From positions 1-62,259 of the IMG/VR virus record IMGVR_UViG_3300026068_000006: DNA of 62,259 nt, one strand, 5' to 3'. The notes beneath the pieces were generated by a model. The model saw only the letters and a program-made list of their open reading frames with translations. It made no database searches and was not told where the DNA came from. Origin of the DNA: a virus. Its lineage: Duplodnaviria; Caudoviricetes. Shown here piece by piece: positions 1-9,691 of this stretch. Each line of letters starts with the position of its first letter. Position 1 is the first letter of the stretch. The position numbers and the translations under genes are program-made.

Positions 1-7
1 TCCGATC

Positions 8-133
8 TTTTGTTCAGCGCATCAGGGTAAATCGGATTGGCAATTTTGGGGCCATTACCGAATTGGAATTGTCACAGGAAAATTTGAGTGGAGGGTCTTA
101 TTCCTGACGAAAAATTTATCACCGAAATAGAGA
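8..133. repeat. 126-bp terminal direct repeat (left copy); circular contig overlap
   Basis: 8-133 is identical to 62134-62259 (offset 62126). The gene ending at 62233 overlaps the start of the 88..1431 gene across the join. Confidence 0.97.
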
Positions 134-1431
134 CCATTTTTAGGGATATAGTAGAGTTGGGGGCCAAACGAGAATATACTCGTTTAGCGCCTAATCTGTT
201 GGTTCGGAATCCGTCACCGGCCGGGCAGCCTAATTTTATCTTGGTCAAGGATGACCGGGACGGGGATAACATTTTGGCGCTTAAAGTACCTGGTATCGTT
301 TATAATACTAACGATTTGGTCAATGTGTTATTTTATCGGGGTGGTGAGGCCATTGCGTTCCAGCAGGGTAGCGGGTCGTCGTCCAGTGGGATATGGGGTA
401 TTATACCGGCTACAACTACCGATATTTTTTATAATGCGGGTGATGTCTCTATTGGCAAAGCGAGCGCGCCGGATGCTCGTCTGGAATTGGTTGATAGTGC
501 CCAAGTACAATTGAGACTGACGCACACTGACGCCACAAAATTTGCCGATCTGTCTGTAGACACCAATCACGATTTTACCATTAACCCGTCCTCAACTGGT
601 CAAATTGTTTTGGCGGCGGTTGATGTTACCATGGAGGAGGATTTAATCCACGCTGGTGATACTGACACCAAGATAACATTTACCGATGATGATGTGGAGA
701 TTGCAGTCGGAGGATTATCTCTATTAAAGTTGACTGAGACCGCGCAGGATTTAATAACGCTTGGTCCGGGCAGTGGCGATGTTGATATCAATTTTAATGG
801 GGATATGTTTCTGAGAGGGAGCGACGGGTATTTCGGAATCGGCAACGCAGCGCCAACAACGACGCTAGACGTGACGGGAACGGTGACCATAACGGATGAT
901 CTGGTTCACGCCGGCGATACTGATACCAAACTATCATTTACTGATGATGATGTGGAGATTACGGTTGGCGGGTTATCTCTATTAAAGCTGACCGAGACTG
1001 CACAAGATTTGATAACACTTGGTCCTGGTAGTGGCGATGTCGATATCAATTTTAATGGGGATATGTTTCTGAGAGGGAGCGACGGGTATTTCGGAATCGG
1101 TACGGCCGCACCTCTAGCCAGACTACACGGTTATGATACTATCGGGGGATTTATTCAGGGTTGGGTATACGACCTTGATGCTACGACCGTGACGATTGTG
1201 CCAAACGGTACAGGAGATTGTCTGTATAGATTGCACGCCGAGTATGTATTTAGAGCTAGTGGGGCGGCTACAGCCAGTGGCACGACCGATGTCAGCAATT
1301 CCGCCTTCGTCGATCTGGTTGTCGGTGGCAATACGGTCAGACTCAATGTCAATGCGGATGGGTCAATAGATGTGGCTCGTACCACGGGTGTGGCTACGAT
1401 TAAAGTAATTTTTAATTTATTATGGTTATAG
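88..1431 (+). CDS. Tail fibre / receptor-binding protein with an internal 68-aa duplication
   Basis: Follows the tail-tip genes across the circular join. G-x-x-GIG-x-x-x-P-x-x-x-L fibre repeats; DLxHAGDTDTK...GYFGIG occurs twice. Confidence 0.7.
   Translation: MEGLIPDEKFITEIETIFRDIVELGAKREYTRLAPNLLVRNPSPAGQPNFILVKDDRDGDNILALKVPGIVYNTNDLVNVLFYRGGEAIAFQQGSGSSSSGIWGIIPATTTDIFYNAGDVSIGKASAPDARLELVDSAQVQLRLTHTDATKFADLSVDTNHDFTINPSSTGQIVLAAVDVTMEEDLIHAGDTDTKITFTDDDVEIAVGGLSLLKLTETAQDLITLGPGSGDVDINFNGDMFLRGSDGYFGIGNAAPTTTLDVTGTVTITDDLVHAGDTDTKLSFTDDDVEITVGGLSLLKLTETAQDLITLGPGSGDVDINFNGDMFLRGSDGYFGIGTAAPLARLHGYDTIGGFIQGWVYDLDATTVTIVPNGTGDCLYRLHAEYVFRASGAATASGTTDVSNSAFVDLVVGGNTVRLNVNADGSIDVARTTGVATIKVIFNLLWL
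640..1101 (+). repeat. Two ~204-bp coding repeats (640-843 and 898-1101), period 258 bp
   Basis: Near-identical DNA and protein by direct comparison. Confidence 0.9.
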
Positions 1432-1441
1432 AGGGGTTGTA

Positions 1442-1696
1442 ATGGCAAATTATGTAGACAGCGCAAATAAATATCGCCAGCGAATAGGGCAATTGCTGGA
1501 AGCTTATCAGGACCTGATTGGCATTAATGAGGAGTATGTGGCCATAGATGTCGGCTCAAACGTGATTGACACCGACTTTCCTGACATCACGGCGGCACAA
1601 TTTACGTCCGGGGTGGGAGCAGCGCAGACAGTGATGGCCGCTATTACGGCCAATCATACCAATTTATACACGGTCAGTGATGGCAGTCAGCGATGA
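1442..1696 (+). CDS. Hypothetical protein (84 aa)
   Basis: RBS GAGGGG; tightly packed after the fibre gene. Confidence 0.75.
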   Translation: MANYVDSANKYRQRIGQLLEAYQDLIGINEEYVAIDVGSNVIDTDFPDITAAQFTSGVGAAQTVMAAITANHTNLYTVSDGSQR

Positions 1697-1890
1697 ATGG
1701 TCAACAGGTGAATTTGGAGGAGATCGGCCAACGGTGGGGCGCGCTTTTGACACAGGCGTTCGCCCAGATCATCACGCTCGAAAAACAGTTGGCTCAGGAA
1801 CGGGCAGAAAAAGCAATGCTACTTAAGAAATTGGGGAAATCTGAAAGTAGACTATCGCCTGAGATAGCAGAAGTACCTATCGAGTGGTAA
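1693..1890 (+). CDS. Small coiled-coil protein
   Basis: ATGA overlap with the upstream gene; heptad-like pattern. Confidence 0.65.
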   Translation: MNGQQVNLEEIGQRWGALLTQAFAQIITLEKQLAQERAEKAMLLKKLGKSESRLSPEIAEVPIEW

Positions 1891-2224
1891 ATTGCTTAAT
1901 AATTGAGCGGATGAGTTTTGACTTGTTTAGATTTCTAAACTCGTCCAATTGGCGCAACCACAAAAAAGCTATGGCGTAAGTGTAGTCTACTCGATAGCTT
2001 TTTTGTTGCGCCAGTTGAATTTTATCCCAAAGTTTGATCGAGATAAAATCAGGCTTTTGCTGATAATCGCCCGGCTCAAAACCTTTGCCTTGAGCCACAG
2101 CCATGATAGCATCTCGGACAAATGCAGATTGTTTTTCCCGTAATCTGTATTCATCCAAAATTTCTCGAACACTATTTGAATAATTGAAAGCGCCTATGAT
2201 GGGTACGCTGAACATTTTGACCAT
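1877..2224 (-). CDS. Putative ribbon-helix-helix-like regulator
   Basis: RBS GGAGG and its own consensus promoter. Two RHH-helix-like segments (KQSAFVRDAI, NKSKLIRSII). Confidence 0.55.
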   Translation of the reverse strand: MVKMFSVPIIGAFNYSNSVREILDEYRLREKQSAFVRDAIMAVAQGKGFEPGDYQQKPDFISIKLWDKIQLAQQKSYRVDYTYAIAFLWLRQLDEFRNLNKSKLIRSIIKQFTTR

Positions 2225-2250
2225 AATTCCTCCATTTGTTTATATCCTCA

Positions 2251-2279
2251 ATTATAATATTATTTATCTACTATGTCAA
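2251..2279 (-). promoter_or_regulatory. Sigma-70 consensus promoter (leftward)
   Basis: TTGACA-17-TATAAT on the minus strand. Confidence 0.85.
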
Positions 2280-2297
2280 GTGCCTTAAAGTCGAACA

Positions 2298-2344
2298 TTG
2301 CGACTTGACAAATGTTATAAATGAGATTATAATTAGTATTATAG
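2298..2344 (+). promoter_or_regulatory. Sigma-70 consensus promoter, repeat family Q copy 1
   Basis: TTGACA 2305-2310, 17 bp, TATAAT 2328-2333. 44/47 identical to 5409-5455. Confidence 0.9.
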
Positions 2345-2375
2345 TTTAATATTTAATTTACCGAAAGGAATTGAT

Positions 2376-3215
2376 TTGATGGATAGTAAAGAGTTTTTAA
2401 GAAAAATGATTGAAGAAGGCAAAAAGCACAGCGCCGTGCAATCGGCGTTCGTGAATGTCGGCCGAATGACCATCCAGTTTGGTTACAGCGGTATGGTAAC
2501 CGGACATCGGATGATCAGTTTATTTAAGCCGTTTGACGAGCCGGGGAATTCGGCCTACGTGGCTGAAGAAGTCAACGGCAGGATTGCCAAGCTCGGTGGT
2601 AAGGGCGAGGCAGTGTTGTGCATGTTAGTAAAGGTCCCGGAGGAATTCGCCCTTAATTCCAAGTGGGGTTATGAACGATTGATCTCGATCTTTGAAGAAG
2701 AAGATTGGGACCTTATTTTGAAGACTATTGATGACTTAGGCGCTACGATTGTAACGCCTTTTTGGTGTAAGTACGAGCTAGTCGATAGTCCGACGGCAGT
2801 GGCCAAGGGCGACAAAGGAAAGTACGCCAAGAAGAAGGATGGCGTCTTGACCGGGAAAATGGTGTTTCCCAAGATCGCTATCCCTACGGTGGTGTTTGCC
2901 AACGAGATGGACGCTCGTTCAGCGGCAGATGAGGCGACTACCGTGGCCGCGTCTAGTCAATGGAGTCAAACCGTGCTAGATAAGCATGGGCCGGGCGGTA
3001 TCACCAAAGAGAATCAAGAGGAAATTGCCAACTGGTTCGCGTTGGCAATGAGCGGCGTGGCGTTTATGGAGGATGCTGCCTCTTATCCGTTGCCCATTCC
3101 GAGAACGCCGCCCGCCGTTAAGAAATACATTGCGGATATCTACCAGGCCGAGCCGGCCGACATAGATGTTGTAATTTCCTTAGAGGAGCAACGGACAACT
3201 ACTCCCCCATTTTAA
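2376..3215 (+). CDS. Hypothetical protein, possibly ssDNA-binding
   Basis: RBS AAAGGA; first gene of the recombination cluster; ends in ...PPF. Function is inferred from context only. Confidence 0.5.
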   Translation: MMDSKEFLRKMIEEGKKHSAVQSAFVNVGRMTIQFGYSGMVTGHRMISLFKPFDEPGNSAYVAEEVNGRIAKLGGKGEAVLCMLVKVPEEFALNSKWGYERLISIFEEEDWDLILKTIDDLGATIVTPFWCKYELVDSPTAVAKGDKGKYAKKKDGVLTGKMVFPKIAIPTVVFANEMDARSAADEATTVAASSQWSQTVLDKHGPGGITKENQEEIANWFALAMSGVAFMEDAASYPLPIPRTPPAVKKYIADIYQAEPADIDVVISLEEQRTTTPPF

Positions 3216-3224
3216 GGCCAGGTT

Positions 3225-4136
3225 ATGATATATATTGACCCGTCTGAATTACGAATAACGTCCAATTTGCTTAAGTGTATTGGCAAATTGCAATATGTAT
3301 CATTACCTGATTTAGAGGCCATAACCGGAGCTGATGTAATGATCAGTCCCGATTGTGGTCTCTCCTCTCCGGTTGTAAATCTACAATCGCACATAGACAG
3401 GGGGGCCAAATTGCTGCAATTAAAATTTGGTCACGACTTACCTTTGTCGATTGTGGACGGCCGGCTAAATGAGGCACTGTCAAGGATGTTGGCTACAGGC
3501 GCAATGTCTTGGCAGTGCCTTATGTTGCCTATTGGTCTATTTGGTTATGATGACATCAATGGTCGCGTTACCATCAACGGTCAATTAACCTATGGCGAAC
3601 AGCCAATGTCGTGGTCTCAGATAGATCAAGCATTGGGGTTTTGGACTGACAGAGGAGGCGCTTTGGAATTCCCTCTGTCGTCAGGCAAATTGATTCCCGA
3701 ACGTTTTAGCAATATCCAAAATAGGCTAAATCGCTATGCGGCCGGAGAGGATACACGGGTGCTGTGGCCTAAAGCACCTATATTTTTTGATGAGATCGAA
3801 CCTACCAATCCCCATTTGAGAAAATGGAAAGTGGCTCAAAAATTGATCAGAGTCTATGACTTGAGACCACTACTTTGCTCTATTCCCGATGTCAGGATAG
3901 GCGAGACCAAAGCCACCGCCATTTGGGACTATATGGCGGCCAACGAGATCAGACAGGATTTAGGCGGCTTTTTGTCGCTCGTCAATTCGGGCAAGCTGAT
4001 CAAAGTTCCGGGCATAGGCAAAAAGTTATTGGAGGATATCAGGTGGGGATTGTTTAAGACGCTCGATGAAAGGGGCGAACGTGGGAAAAAAGAACGCAGT
4101 ACAAAAAAGAAAGTGCATCAGAAAAAGATCGTTTAG
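3225..4136 (+). CDS. ERCC4-like nuclease with helix-hairpin-helix motifs
   Basis: N-terminal IYIDPSE...GAD pattern; HhH motifs IPDVRIGETKA and KVPGIGKK. Confidence 0.55.
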   Translation: MIYIDPSELRITSNLLKCIGKLQYVSLPDLEAITGADVMISPDCGLSSPVVNLQSHIDRGAKLLQLKFGHDLPLSIVDGRLNEALSRMLATGAMSWQCLMLPIGLFGYDDINGRVTINGQLTYGEQPMSWSQIDQALGFWTDRGGALEFPLSSGKLIPERFSNIQNRLNRYAAGEDTRVLWPKAPIFFDEIEPTNPHLRKWKVAQKLIRVYDLRPLLCSIPDVRIGETKATAIWDYMAANEIRQDLGGFLSLVNSGKLIKVPGIGKKLLEDIRWGLFKTLDERGERGKKERSTKKKVHQKKIV

Positions 4137-4275
4137 CAATCGTGAAGATGCAGTCAGGCAAATGAATTTTCACGTAGCAAAACATTTGCCGAACCGGAAA
4201 GTTAATGTCTATCTATGCGAATATTGTCATAGGTGGCATATTGGACACAGCCAAATGAACATGAGGACAAGATAA
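4066..4275 (+). CDS. Small Zn-finger protein
   Basis: VYLCEYCHRWHIGH, a common phage motif; start uncertain. Confidence 0.6.
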   Translation: MKGANVGKKNAVQKRKCIRKRSFSNREDAVRQMNFHVAKHLPNRKVNVYLCEYCHRWHIGHSQMNMRTR

Positions 4276-5351
4276 TGGATTCTATATTATTACCAGAGTT
4301 TAAGGGTGTTATGTTTTTCAGTGGCTATAGAGGTAAGGGTAAAACCTACTTGGCCGCTCATGCCGAATGGCCGAAAAATATCGCCTTTTTTGATTTCGAT
4401 GAGGGAAAAGGAGAGGGGCTGCATAAGCAGCTAAATTTTGGATACTATAAACCGGTTGAAGAAAATGAGCCACTGAAACGTGCCGACATGTTCTTTAGAG
4501 AAGTCGATGCGCTGAAATCTAATAAATATACTACAGCCATAATTGACAACATCCTGCCGTTGGAGAAAGCGCTCCAACTATCAGTATTTCGAGACGCCAA
4601 AAAATGGTCTCAGGTTTACGGTTATAGCGAGGCTGATATCTTAAAGGACAGTTATGGCAAAGCGCGCGGCATTGCCAATGATCTGATTGGCGACGCGATT
4701 ACCAAACCCTTACACGCCAAGGGGATTAAACTAATTATCGTCACCTCTCATATCAAGGACAAATTTAACACGCCCGGCAAAATGGTTATTGATGGCCGGG
4801 ATCGGTGGCAAACACTGTCAATCCTGACGTTGATTTTAATTGACGGCGATAACCCACCAGTGCCAAGTGCGATGGTACAGAAAGAACAACTGGGCAGTAT
4901 ATCGGTAAATGATACTGCCAATGTCGAAGCAATTATGCGCGGGGACGCGGCCAGTCATACAATTGTAAAACGTCTGCCACCACGCTTGCCAAAAGCTGAT
5001 TGGCAATCTATCAGACGGTATATGTTCAATCCGGCAAATTTGATTGATCTGCCGGAGGGCGAAAAGCTCAAGTTAGCCGAAGCCGAACCGTTTGACGAAC
5101 GTCTATCCAAAGAGCAAGTCGCCTATCAGCTTGAGGCGATCAAACGGGAAAACAGGGAGTTGGAGCAAACACGCGCACAGGAGATGATGATCAGGCAGGT
5201 ACAGGCGAATCAGATCAAAGAGTATTTGGCTCAGTTTAATGGATTGCCGATGCCTGCCAAGGTTAATAAAGTCAAAGCTGCCATTGAAGCCGGAGAGTTG
5301 GCCTATGACGGCGAAATCACCATGAGCGATATTGCAAAATGGAGCGGATAA
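4275..5351 (+). CDS. P-loop ATPase, AAA_24/Sak4-like recombination protein
   Basis: Walker A GYRGKGKT, DFDEG, IID, and IIVTSH. ATG 4275 follows GAGGA. Confidence 0.65.
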   Translation: MDSILLPEFKGVMFFSGYRGKGKTYLAAHAEWPKNIAFFDFDEGKGEGLHKQLNFGYYKPVEENEPLKRADMFFREVDALKSNKYTTAIIDNILPLEKALQLSVFRDAKKWSQVYGYSEADILKDSYGKARGIANDLIGDAITKPLHAKGIKLIIVTSHIKDKFNTPGKMVIDGRDRWQTLSILTLILIDGDNPPVPSAMVQKEQLGSISVNDTANVEAIMRGDAASHTIVKRLPPRLPKADWQSIRRYMFNPANLIDLPEGEKLKLAEAEPFDERLSKEQVAYQLEAIKRENRELEQTRAQEMMIRQVQANQIKEYLAQFNGLPMPAKVNKVKAAIEAGELAYDGEITMSDIAKWSG

Positions 5352-5369
5352 GATTGTCGTAAGCCTGGC

Positions 5370-5405
5370 AAAAAAGAGGGGCAAGAAATTGCCCCTCTTT
5401 TTTTT
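5370..5405. terminator. Bidirectional intrinsic terminator
   Basis: AAAAAAGAGGGGCAA-GAAA-TTGCCCCTCTTTTTTTT. Confidence 0.9.
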
Positions 5406-5408
5406 ATG

Positions 5409-5455
5409 TTGCGACTTGACAAATATTATAAATAGGATTATAATTAGTATTATAG
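5409..5455 (+). promoter_or_regulatory. Sigma-70 consensus promoter, repeat family Q copy 2
   Basis: TTGACA 5416-5421, 17 bp, TATAAT 5439-5444. Confidence 0.9.
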
Positions 5456-5490
5456 ATAAGTTAGTAATTAGTTAGTTAAAGGAGCAATGA

Positions 5491-6003
5491 ATGTCAAACT
5501 TAAGCAAGCGGGTAGAAAAAGCAAAAGGGTTGGTCTTTTCTCACAACCACTATGAGCCGGAAAGATATGGCACATGGGGGAGCAAGGGCGGTGATGGCTA
5601 TGGTGAGAAGTACTATCATGTCACGCTAAGGCATGGTAGAGAGACTGTAGCTACTCCTGATGGTCAAAAAACTATCAGTGTTTTTACGGTGGATTGCCAG
5701 AAGAATACGGGCAAGCACACATTATGCGCTTGTCCCGGTAACGAAAAAACTGTTTGCTACCATGGGCTGGGTGCGATATACCAGTCATTTGCTCAAGCAA
5801 AGGTAAAAAAGTTGGTCTCATTTTTCGAGACCTATGAAAGTGCCTCGCGCATGGCTTTTGGTGGCAAGATTGCCAAGGTCAAGAGCGCGAACGGCAACGG
5901 CGTGGTCTGGTGTGTAGTTAAGGACTGGCCCGCTCGGATATTGTCCGTGCAAGAAAATATCAATTTGATGCGCGGGCCAGCGGACGATGAGGGGATAGAT
6001 TGA
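5491..6003 (+). CDS. SWIM-like Zn-finger protein
   Basis: CACPG...CYH motif; RBS AAGGAG. Confidence 0.6.
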   Translation: MSNLSKRVEKAKGLVFSHNHYEPERYGTWGSKGGDGYGEKYYHVTLRHGRETVATPDGQKTISVFTVDCQKNTGKHTLCACPGNEKTVCYHGLGAIYQSFAQAKVKKLVSFFETYESASRMAFGGKIAKVKSANGNGVVWCVVKDWPARILSVQENINLMRGPADDEGID

Positions 6004-6016
6004 TGAAACGAACTAT

Positions 6017-6838
6017 ATGGCAAGAGATCGTCTTATTCTACCAATTTATGACCGGTCAGCATTACATTGTCCGAGAAAGAACAGTGCTGGTATGATACCT
6101 AATCAGTCCCAGAAGAAGGCCATAGAAGCGCAAATTAATACAGACTTGCGCGTATTGGCCGGGCCAGGGTCAGGCAAAACGTATGTGATTGAGCATCGTT
6201 TTGCTTATTTGGTTTCTCAGGGAATCAACCCTAATCAAATACTGGTCTGTACTTTCTCCAAAAATATGGCTGATGAAATGGGCAAGCGAATCCAAAGAAC
6301 TTGCCCCCGGGCCAACTTGGAGTATATCAGTACCATCCATGCCTTTTGCTATCGAGTGCTATGTAAATGGTATGTCGATAGCCGATGGTATAACTGGAAA
6401 GTACCAAAAGATTGGGAGATTAAAAAGGCGATTGAGGAAATAATTTCACTTGTTTGGCGAGTGGGAGAAAGACCAAGCGCCTCAGAAACTTTTGACTACA
6501 TCTGCCTGTCGAAGCATCATGGTTTGACCACGGATGACAGTTATCAGTTTTATATTGATTTACTAGGCCAGGAGCAGGGCGCTTGGCTATACGAGATCAG
6601 ATCAAGGTTTGATGCTTGGCTGAATCGCAGTCAATATCTGACATTTGCCGATATGCTATTTTTGGTGGAGCAACGGTTAAAAAAAGATGGCGCATGGCGT
6701 CGCTTGCTCCAAAGTCGATTTAGCCACGTCATCATTGACGAGAGTCAGGATACCAGCTATCAGGCCATGCGTATCCTGGTGACGGTCAGCTTAGAGCCGG
6801 GATTAAATACAGTTTATGATTACGAGGTAACGGAATGA
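6017..6838 (+). CDS. UvrD/PcrA-like SF1 helicase, N-terminal half
   Basis: LAGPGSGKT, TFSKNMA, STIHAF, LTFADML, IIDESQD. Start may be 6092. Confidence 0.9.
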   Translation: MARDRLILPIYDRSALHCPRKNSAGMIPNQSQKKAIEAQINTDLRVLAGPGSGKTYVIEHRFAYLVSQGINPNQILVCTFSKNMADEMGKRIQRTCPRANLEYISTIHAFCYRVLCKWYVDSRWYNWKVPKDWEIKKAIEEIISLVWRVGERPSASETFDYICLSKHHGLTTDDSYQFYIDLLGQEQGAWLYEIRSRFDAWLNRSQYLTFADMLFLVEQRLKKDGAWRRLLQSRFSHVIIDESQDTSYQAMRILVTVSLEPGLNTVYDYEVTE

Positions 6839-8193
6839 CTTTATTTTGCGTAGGTGATACTGATCAATTGCTATATCGGTTCTCAGGCGCGAATCCGGAA
6901 CTGTTGACCGGCGATATTGATCAATGGCTACCGGGGATTGAGACCATTAAACTTGAGGTTAATTATCGCTCTCAGGATGAAATTATAGCTGCCGGCCAAA
7001 AGCTGATCAGTTATAATTACTCTGATCAAGGAGGCCTTTACGCTCAAGAGTTCGCCAAAAATTTGAGCGGTGTTAAGGGGCCTGGTGGGGCGGTTACCTT
7101 TGCAATGCATGAGAGTGCAGACGACGAGGCGATAGCTGTCTGCACACAAGTCAACGAGTTGATTGCGGCAGATTACAAACCCGGTGACTTTTTTGTGGGG
7201 GCCAGAACCCGCGCACAGCTAGGGTACGTAGAGGGCCAGCTAGTCCGGGCCGGCATACCATTTATCAATATTGCCGGTGGAAGTTTTTGGCAAAGCAAGC
7301 ATGTGACTGATGTTATTGGCTATCTCAGACTTGCGGTTAACCCGTCTGACAAAGATGCGCTTGAGCAAGTTTATAACATCCCAAGCGCGAATCATAAATA
7401 CGCCTGGGATGACAAGAACGGCAAATTTAAGCGCGGTGATTATTGCGCCACTCGTTATCTTGGTAAAGAGTTTTTGGCCAAGATAAATTATAATTTTAAC
7501 AATATTGGCAAGCTGTTGTCAAGCGGTGATGGATGGCGCTATCAAACCAAGGCCAAAGATTACGGCACAATTGGACCAACCAAAGCCCAAGATTTACAAG
7601 AGTTTGTCAGGCGATTACAAGACGCGATTATCAAAACCGATAGTGCCAGACAAGTTGTCAGGTTAATTATAGATAATTGCTATGAGAAATATTTAAGGCA
7701 CTCGGATAATGTTGGAGATGAAGGTCTGGTTGACGCCAAGTTAGACGACTTGGCGACGGTGGAAGATTTGGCCGGTCGCTATACTGATGTCAACGAATTT
7801 TTGGCTTACGTGGCCGAGATGATTACGGCGGCTAAAAATGCTAAAGATAAGCAATGGGATGAATATCTGGTGTTGTCCACCTATCATCGGCTCAAGGGAT
7901 TGGAGCGTCCTATTGTTTTTGGCCTGGGATGGTGTGAGGGGGAGAACTTGGTAACAGGCGATCCGGTTGGTCTGCTACCTCACACGTTCAGCCTTGTGCC
8001 GCCTCCAAATTTTGGCGTCTTGCCGGCCGGTGATCAAAATCCGGTAGAGGACGAACGGTGTATAGGCTTTGTCTGTATCAGTCGGGCTATCGAAAGATGC
8101 TACTTGAGTGGCGTAAAAACATATCGGACTTGGGCCTTACAACCAAGTCGATTTATCAATGAGATAGGATTAGAGATTGATGACAAAGAATAA
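6835..8193 (+). CDS. UvrD/PcrA-like SF1 helicase, C-terminal half
   Basis: VGDTDQLLYRFSGA, LEVNYRS, LSTYHRLKGLE, EDERCIGFVCISRA, PSRFINEI. ATGA overlap plus RBS GAGGT. Confidence 0.9.
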   Translation: MTLFCVGDTDQLLYRFSGANPELLTGDIDQWLPGIETIKLEVNYRSQDEIIAAGQKLISYNYSDQGGLYAQEFAKNLSGVKGPGGAVTFAMHESADDEAIAVCTQVNELIAADYKPGDFFVGARTRAQLGYVEGQLVRAGIPFINIAGGSFWQSKHVTDVIGYLRLAVNPSDKDALEQVYNIPSANHKYAWDDKNGKFKRGDYCATRYLGKEFLAKINYNFNNIGKLLSSGDGWRYQTKAKDYGTIGPTKAQDLQEFVRRLQDAIIKTDSARQVVRLIIDNCYEKYLRHSDNVGDEGLVDAKLDDLATVEDLAGRYTDVNEFLAYVAEMITAAKNAKDKQWDEYLVLSTYHRLKGLERPIVFGLGWCEGENLVTGDPVGLLPHTFSLVPPPNFGVLPAGDQNPVEDERCIGFVCISRAIERCYLSGVKTYRTWALQPSRFINEIGLEIDDKE

Positions 8194-9691
8194 AAATAAA
8201 CCCTACCAATTGCCTCATCTGCTTGATCGTGCCCACCAGCAAGACGTAATGGATTGGATACTAAATAGCGACAAACAATATCTGATTTTATGCGCTCCAA
8301 CCGGATTTGGCAAGAGTCCGTTGGCGGCGGCAGCGTCAATAGATTTTAGAGTATTGACTCTTGTTCTTCACAAGAGTTTGCAGTCCGCCAATTATCAAGA
8401 CGCCTATAGCTTCGACATCCTATATGGCAAAGGGTCATATCCCTGTATTGATCGTAACAAAAAGAAATCTAAACTTTTGCCTCAATACACCGCCTTTGAC
8501 TGCGGCAATCCTGAGTGTGATTGCCCCTATCAAACCCAGTTGTTACATTGTCTGGGTAGCAATCGGGTTTGTCTGAACTATGCGAAATTCTTGATGACAA
8601 ATGATTTCGCGGAAATTCACAAGCCCGATTATTTGTTTTTGGACGAAGCACACAATATGCCAGATGTTACATTAGATTTTGTGGGCTGTACGTTGGATTG
8701 GGATAACGAATTTGCTCAGACGATTGGCAAAATTAAGCCTGAGCCGAGCAGATTAAATTATGCGGAAGCCATAAATATCTTCCGCCAATACGCCAGGGCT
8801 GTGGAGCGCAACAAGCCTGATCAATCGCCAGACCTTAAGCGGTGGCGCAAGTGGAAGCGATTACATCAAAAGTTGATGGTTACCAATCAGATCATCAGCA
8901 AAGGTAATCTGGAAGATTGGTATTATGAGGCCAATGATAAAACCTTGGTCATCAAACCACTGACTGCCAAATATGATTTCAAACGATTGTTTGGTAAGGC
9001 CGATAAAATCATTTTGATGTCGGCCACGATCAAACCAACCATTGCGGAGCGGTTGGGTATCGAGCCTGATGAATATGAGTATATGACCGTGCCTGGCGCA
9101 TGGCCTATTCCGACGCGTCTGATCTATGATCTAAAAGCGCCGGCAATAAACTGGAAATCGAGCGAGGCGGACAAACAAAGACAGGCAGAATTGATAGCTC
9201 AGGTATTGAGGCCCGACAAGAGCGGCGTCATCCATACGATGAGTAAATACCAGGCTATCGAACTAGAACAGCGTCTAAAATCATGGCAGGATCGTACAGG
9301 TCAATTGCAATTTTTGACCTATATTCCCGCCATTGGTGTAGGGACCGAAAAACAACTTGAGCAATGGTATCAGATCAGACGACCGGGCACTTATTGTATT
9401 AGCTGGTCATTTCATGAGGGTGTCGATTTGGGGTTAGACGATATCAACATAATGGCCAAGACGCCTTACACCTCAATCGCGCCGGGCTATGAGGAGGCCA
9501 AGAAGGATTATGACCCGGCCTGGTATCTGGAAAAAACCGCTATGACGATGGAGCAGTTGTTCGGCCGACATCAGCGAGGGCAAGCGGAACATTATCGCAG
9601 TGGTAAAATGGCTTATATTGCTGATAGTAGTTGGCACAGGATAAAGACACATTTAAGTGCCGATTTTTTAGGGAGAATTAGAAACTTATGA
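8177..9691 (+). CDS. DinG/Rad3-like SF2 helicase
   Basis: APTGFGKS, LDEAH, MSAT, EGVDL, QLFGRHQR; Cys cluster after motif Ia. Confidence 0.85.
   Translation: MMTKNKNKPYQLPHLLDRAHQQDVMDWILNSDKQYLILCAPTGFGKSPLAAAASIDFRVLTLVLHKSLQSANYQDAYSFDILYGKGSYPCIDRNKKKSKLLPQYTAFDCGNPECDCPYQTQLLHCLGSNRVCLNYAKFLMTNDFAEIHKPDYLFLDEAHNMPDVTLDFVGCTLDWDNEFAQTIGKIKPEPSRLNYAEAINIFRQYARAVERNKPDQSPDLKRWRKWKRLHQKLMVTNQIISKGNLEDWYYEANDKTLVIKPLTAKYDFKRLFGKADKIILMSATIKPTIAERLGIEPDEYEYMTVPGAWPIPTRLIYDLKAPAINWKSSEADKQRQAELIAQVLRPDKSGVIHTMSKYQAIELEQRLKSWQDRTGQLQFLTYIPAIGVGTEKQLEQWYQIRRPGTYCISWSFHEGVDLGLDDINIMAKTPYTSIAPGYEEAKKDYDPAWYLEKTAMTMEQLFGRHQRGQAEHYRSGKMAYIADSSWHRIKTHLSADFLGRIRNL

Noticed and set aside
1-8. TCCGATCT at the contig start
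   Set aside because: Matches the end of the Illumina adapter and breaks the terminal repeat; technical.
8-133. Terminal repeat as a biological DTR
   Set aside because: It falls mid-gene and has a k-mer-like length; most likely the assembly overlap of a circular or permuted genome.
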